From positions 1-28,156 of the forward strand of contig JBBAUX010000004.1 of the NCBI GenBank assembly GCA_040398005.1: a stretch of 28,156 nt of DNA. The letters run 5' to 3'. The notes beneath the pieces were generated by a model. It was given only the letters and a program-made list of their open reading frames with translations, made no database searches and was not told where the DNA came from. Below, piece by piece: positions 26,978 to 28,156 of this stretch. Made by a program: the position numbers and the translations under genes. The DNA comes from Opitutales bacterium. Its GTDB lineage: Bacteria; Verrucomicrobiota; Verrucomicrobiia; Opitutales; UBA953. Within the stretch, counting starts at the first letter, position 1. Every line of letters starts with the position of its first letter.

Positions 26978-28156
26978 TTATTTGTTATTAAATTTATTAC
27001 GTATCGATTCAACGACTGCAGGATCAGCTAGGGTAGAGACGTTTCCTAATTCTCGGCCCTCGGAAATATCTCGAAGCAATCGTCGCATAATCTTACCTGA
27101 GCGAGTCTTGGGCAGATCGAGTACGAACACAATTCTTTCTGGTCGGGCAAATTTTCCAATCTTGGTGTCGACCATGCCATTCAGTGTTTTTGCTAAGGTT
27201 TCTTCGTTGGTAGTTTTAGCGGCGGCGGATTTCAGAATCACGAACGCCATTAAGCCTTGGCCTTTAAGTTCGTGTTTAACTCCAATGACGGCTGATTCGG
27301 CGACCGCTTCATTCTCAATAAAGACTGCTTCAAGTTCGGCGGTTCCGATGCGGTGACCGGATACATTAACCACGTCATCCACGCGTCCAGTGATCCAGAG
27401 GTATCCATCTTTATCTTTAATCGCGCCGTCGCCGGGGAAATAGTAAGCGCCATTCCAGCGACTCCAATAAGCTTCGATGTAGCGTTTTTCATCTCCGTAA
27501 ATTCCTTGGGTGATGCCTGGCCATGGTTTGCGAATCGCAAGAATCCCGCTGTCGGTTTCATTGCCTTGTTCATCGAGGACGGCGGCATCGACGCCGAAGA
27601 AGGGAAGAGTGGCTGAACCAGGTTTAGTGGGCGTACATCCAGGAATAGGTGTAATCATGTGGCCGCCTGTTTCAGTCTGCCACCAAGTATCCACAATCGG
27701 ACAACGTTCTGCGCCGATGTTGCGATGATACCACAACCAAGCCTCGGGATTAATCGGCTCACCGACTGATCCCAATAAGCGCAGTGAGGAGAGATTATGT
27801 TTTTTAACCCATTCATCGCCCCATTTCATAAAGGCACGAATCGCGGTAGGCGCGGTGTAGAAGACGGTGACTTTGTGGTCTTCGACGATTTTCCAGAATC
27901 TGCTGTAATCGGGCGCATCGGGCGCACCTTCATACATTAACACCGAAGCACCGTTTAATAGCGGGCCATACACTACATAGGTATGACCAGTGACCCAACC
28001 CACATCCGCTGTGCACCAGAATAAATCGTCGTTTCTTAAATCAAAAACATATTTGTTCGTGGTGTAAGCTTGTAACATGTAACCGCCGGTTCCGTGAATG
28101 ATGCCTTTCGGTTTTCCGGTGGAGCCTGACGTATAAAGTAAGAAAAGCATCTCATT
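26978..28156 (-). CDS. acs: Acetyl-CoA synthetase (5' part outside the window)
   Basis: [52 protein letters not shown]. The frame is open to the window edge, so ATG 28150 is internal. Confidence 0.97.
   Translation of the reverse strand, partial: NEMLFLLYTSGSTGKPKGIIHGTGGYMLQAYTTNKYVFDLRNDDLFWCTADVGWVTGHTYVVYGPLLNGASVLMYEGAPDAPDYSRFWKIVEDHKVTVFYTAPTAIRAFMKWGDEWVKKHNLSSLRLLGSVGEPINPEAWLWYHRNIGAERCPIVDTWWQTETGGHMITPIPGCTPTKPGSATLPFFGVDAAVLDEQGNETDSGILAIRKPWPGITQGIYGDEKRYIEAYWSRWNGAYYFPGDGAIKDKDGYLWITGRVDDVVNVSGHRIGTAELEAVFIENEAVAESAVIGVKHELKGQGLMAFVILKSAAAKTTNEETLAKTLNGMVDTKIGKFARPERIVFVLDLPKTRSGKIMRRLLRDISEGRELGNVSTLADPAVVESIRNKFNNK

Noticed and set aside
1..28156. tRNA, rRNA, CRISPR array, integrase or anti-phage defence genes
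   Set aside because: No intergenic gap exceeds about 105 bp, and I saw no cloverleaf, repeat-spacer pattern or matching protein motifs.

Overview
Gene-dense bacterial chromosomal window with almost no intergenic DNA. Gene content (RNase HIII plus HII, YHYH protein, GH79, TlpA-TPR redoxin, few Shine-Dalgarno sites) suggests a streamlined Verrucomicrobiota/Opitutales-like genome; this is inference, not a database result. In order: a partial YHYH protein gene missed by the ORF track, DUF420, ftsB-like, argH; an accessory block of four signal-peptide genes (a 908-aa Ca-repeat/alpha-beta-hydrolase protein translationally coupled to a 292-aa partner, a GH79 glycosidase, a helical protein); a minus-strand rsmG-metH-orf-HI0933-orf run; a Dabb protein; a complete bioA-B-D-F-(esterase)-C operon with a BirA-type operator; rnhC-rnhB divergent from mutY; a two-domain PPK2, a TlpA-TPR redoxin and partial acs. 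I saw no RNA genes, CRISPR arrays or mobile elements. The best leads are the hydrolase/partner pair (possible toxin-immunity module), a compact non-canonical BioH substitute, a pseudoknot-like leader on metH, a shared ECF-type promoter motif before two secreted-protein genes, and a Bacillus-like BioA that may use lysine.
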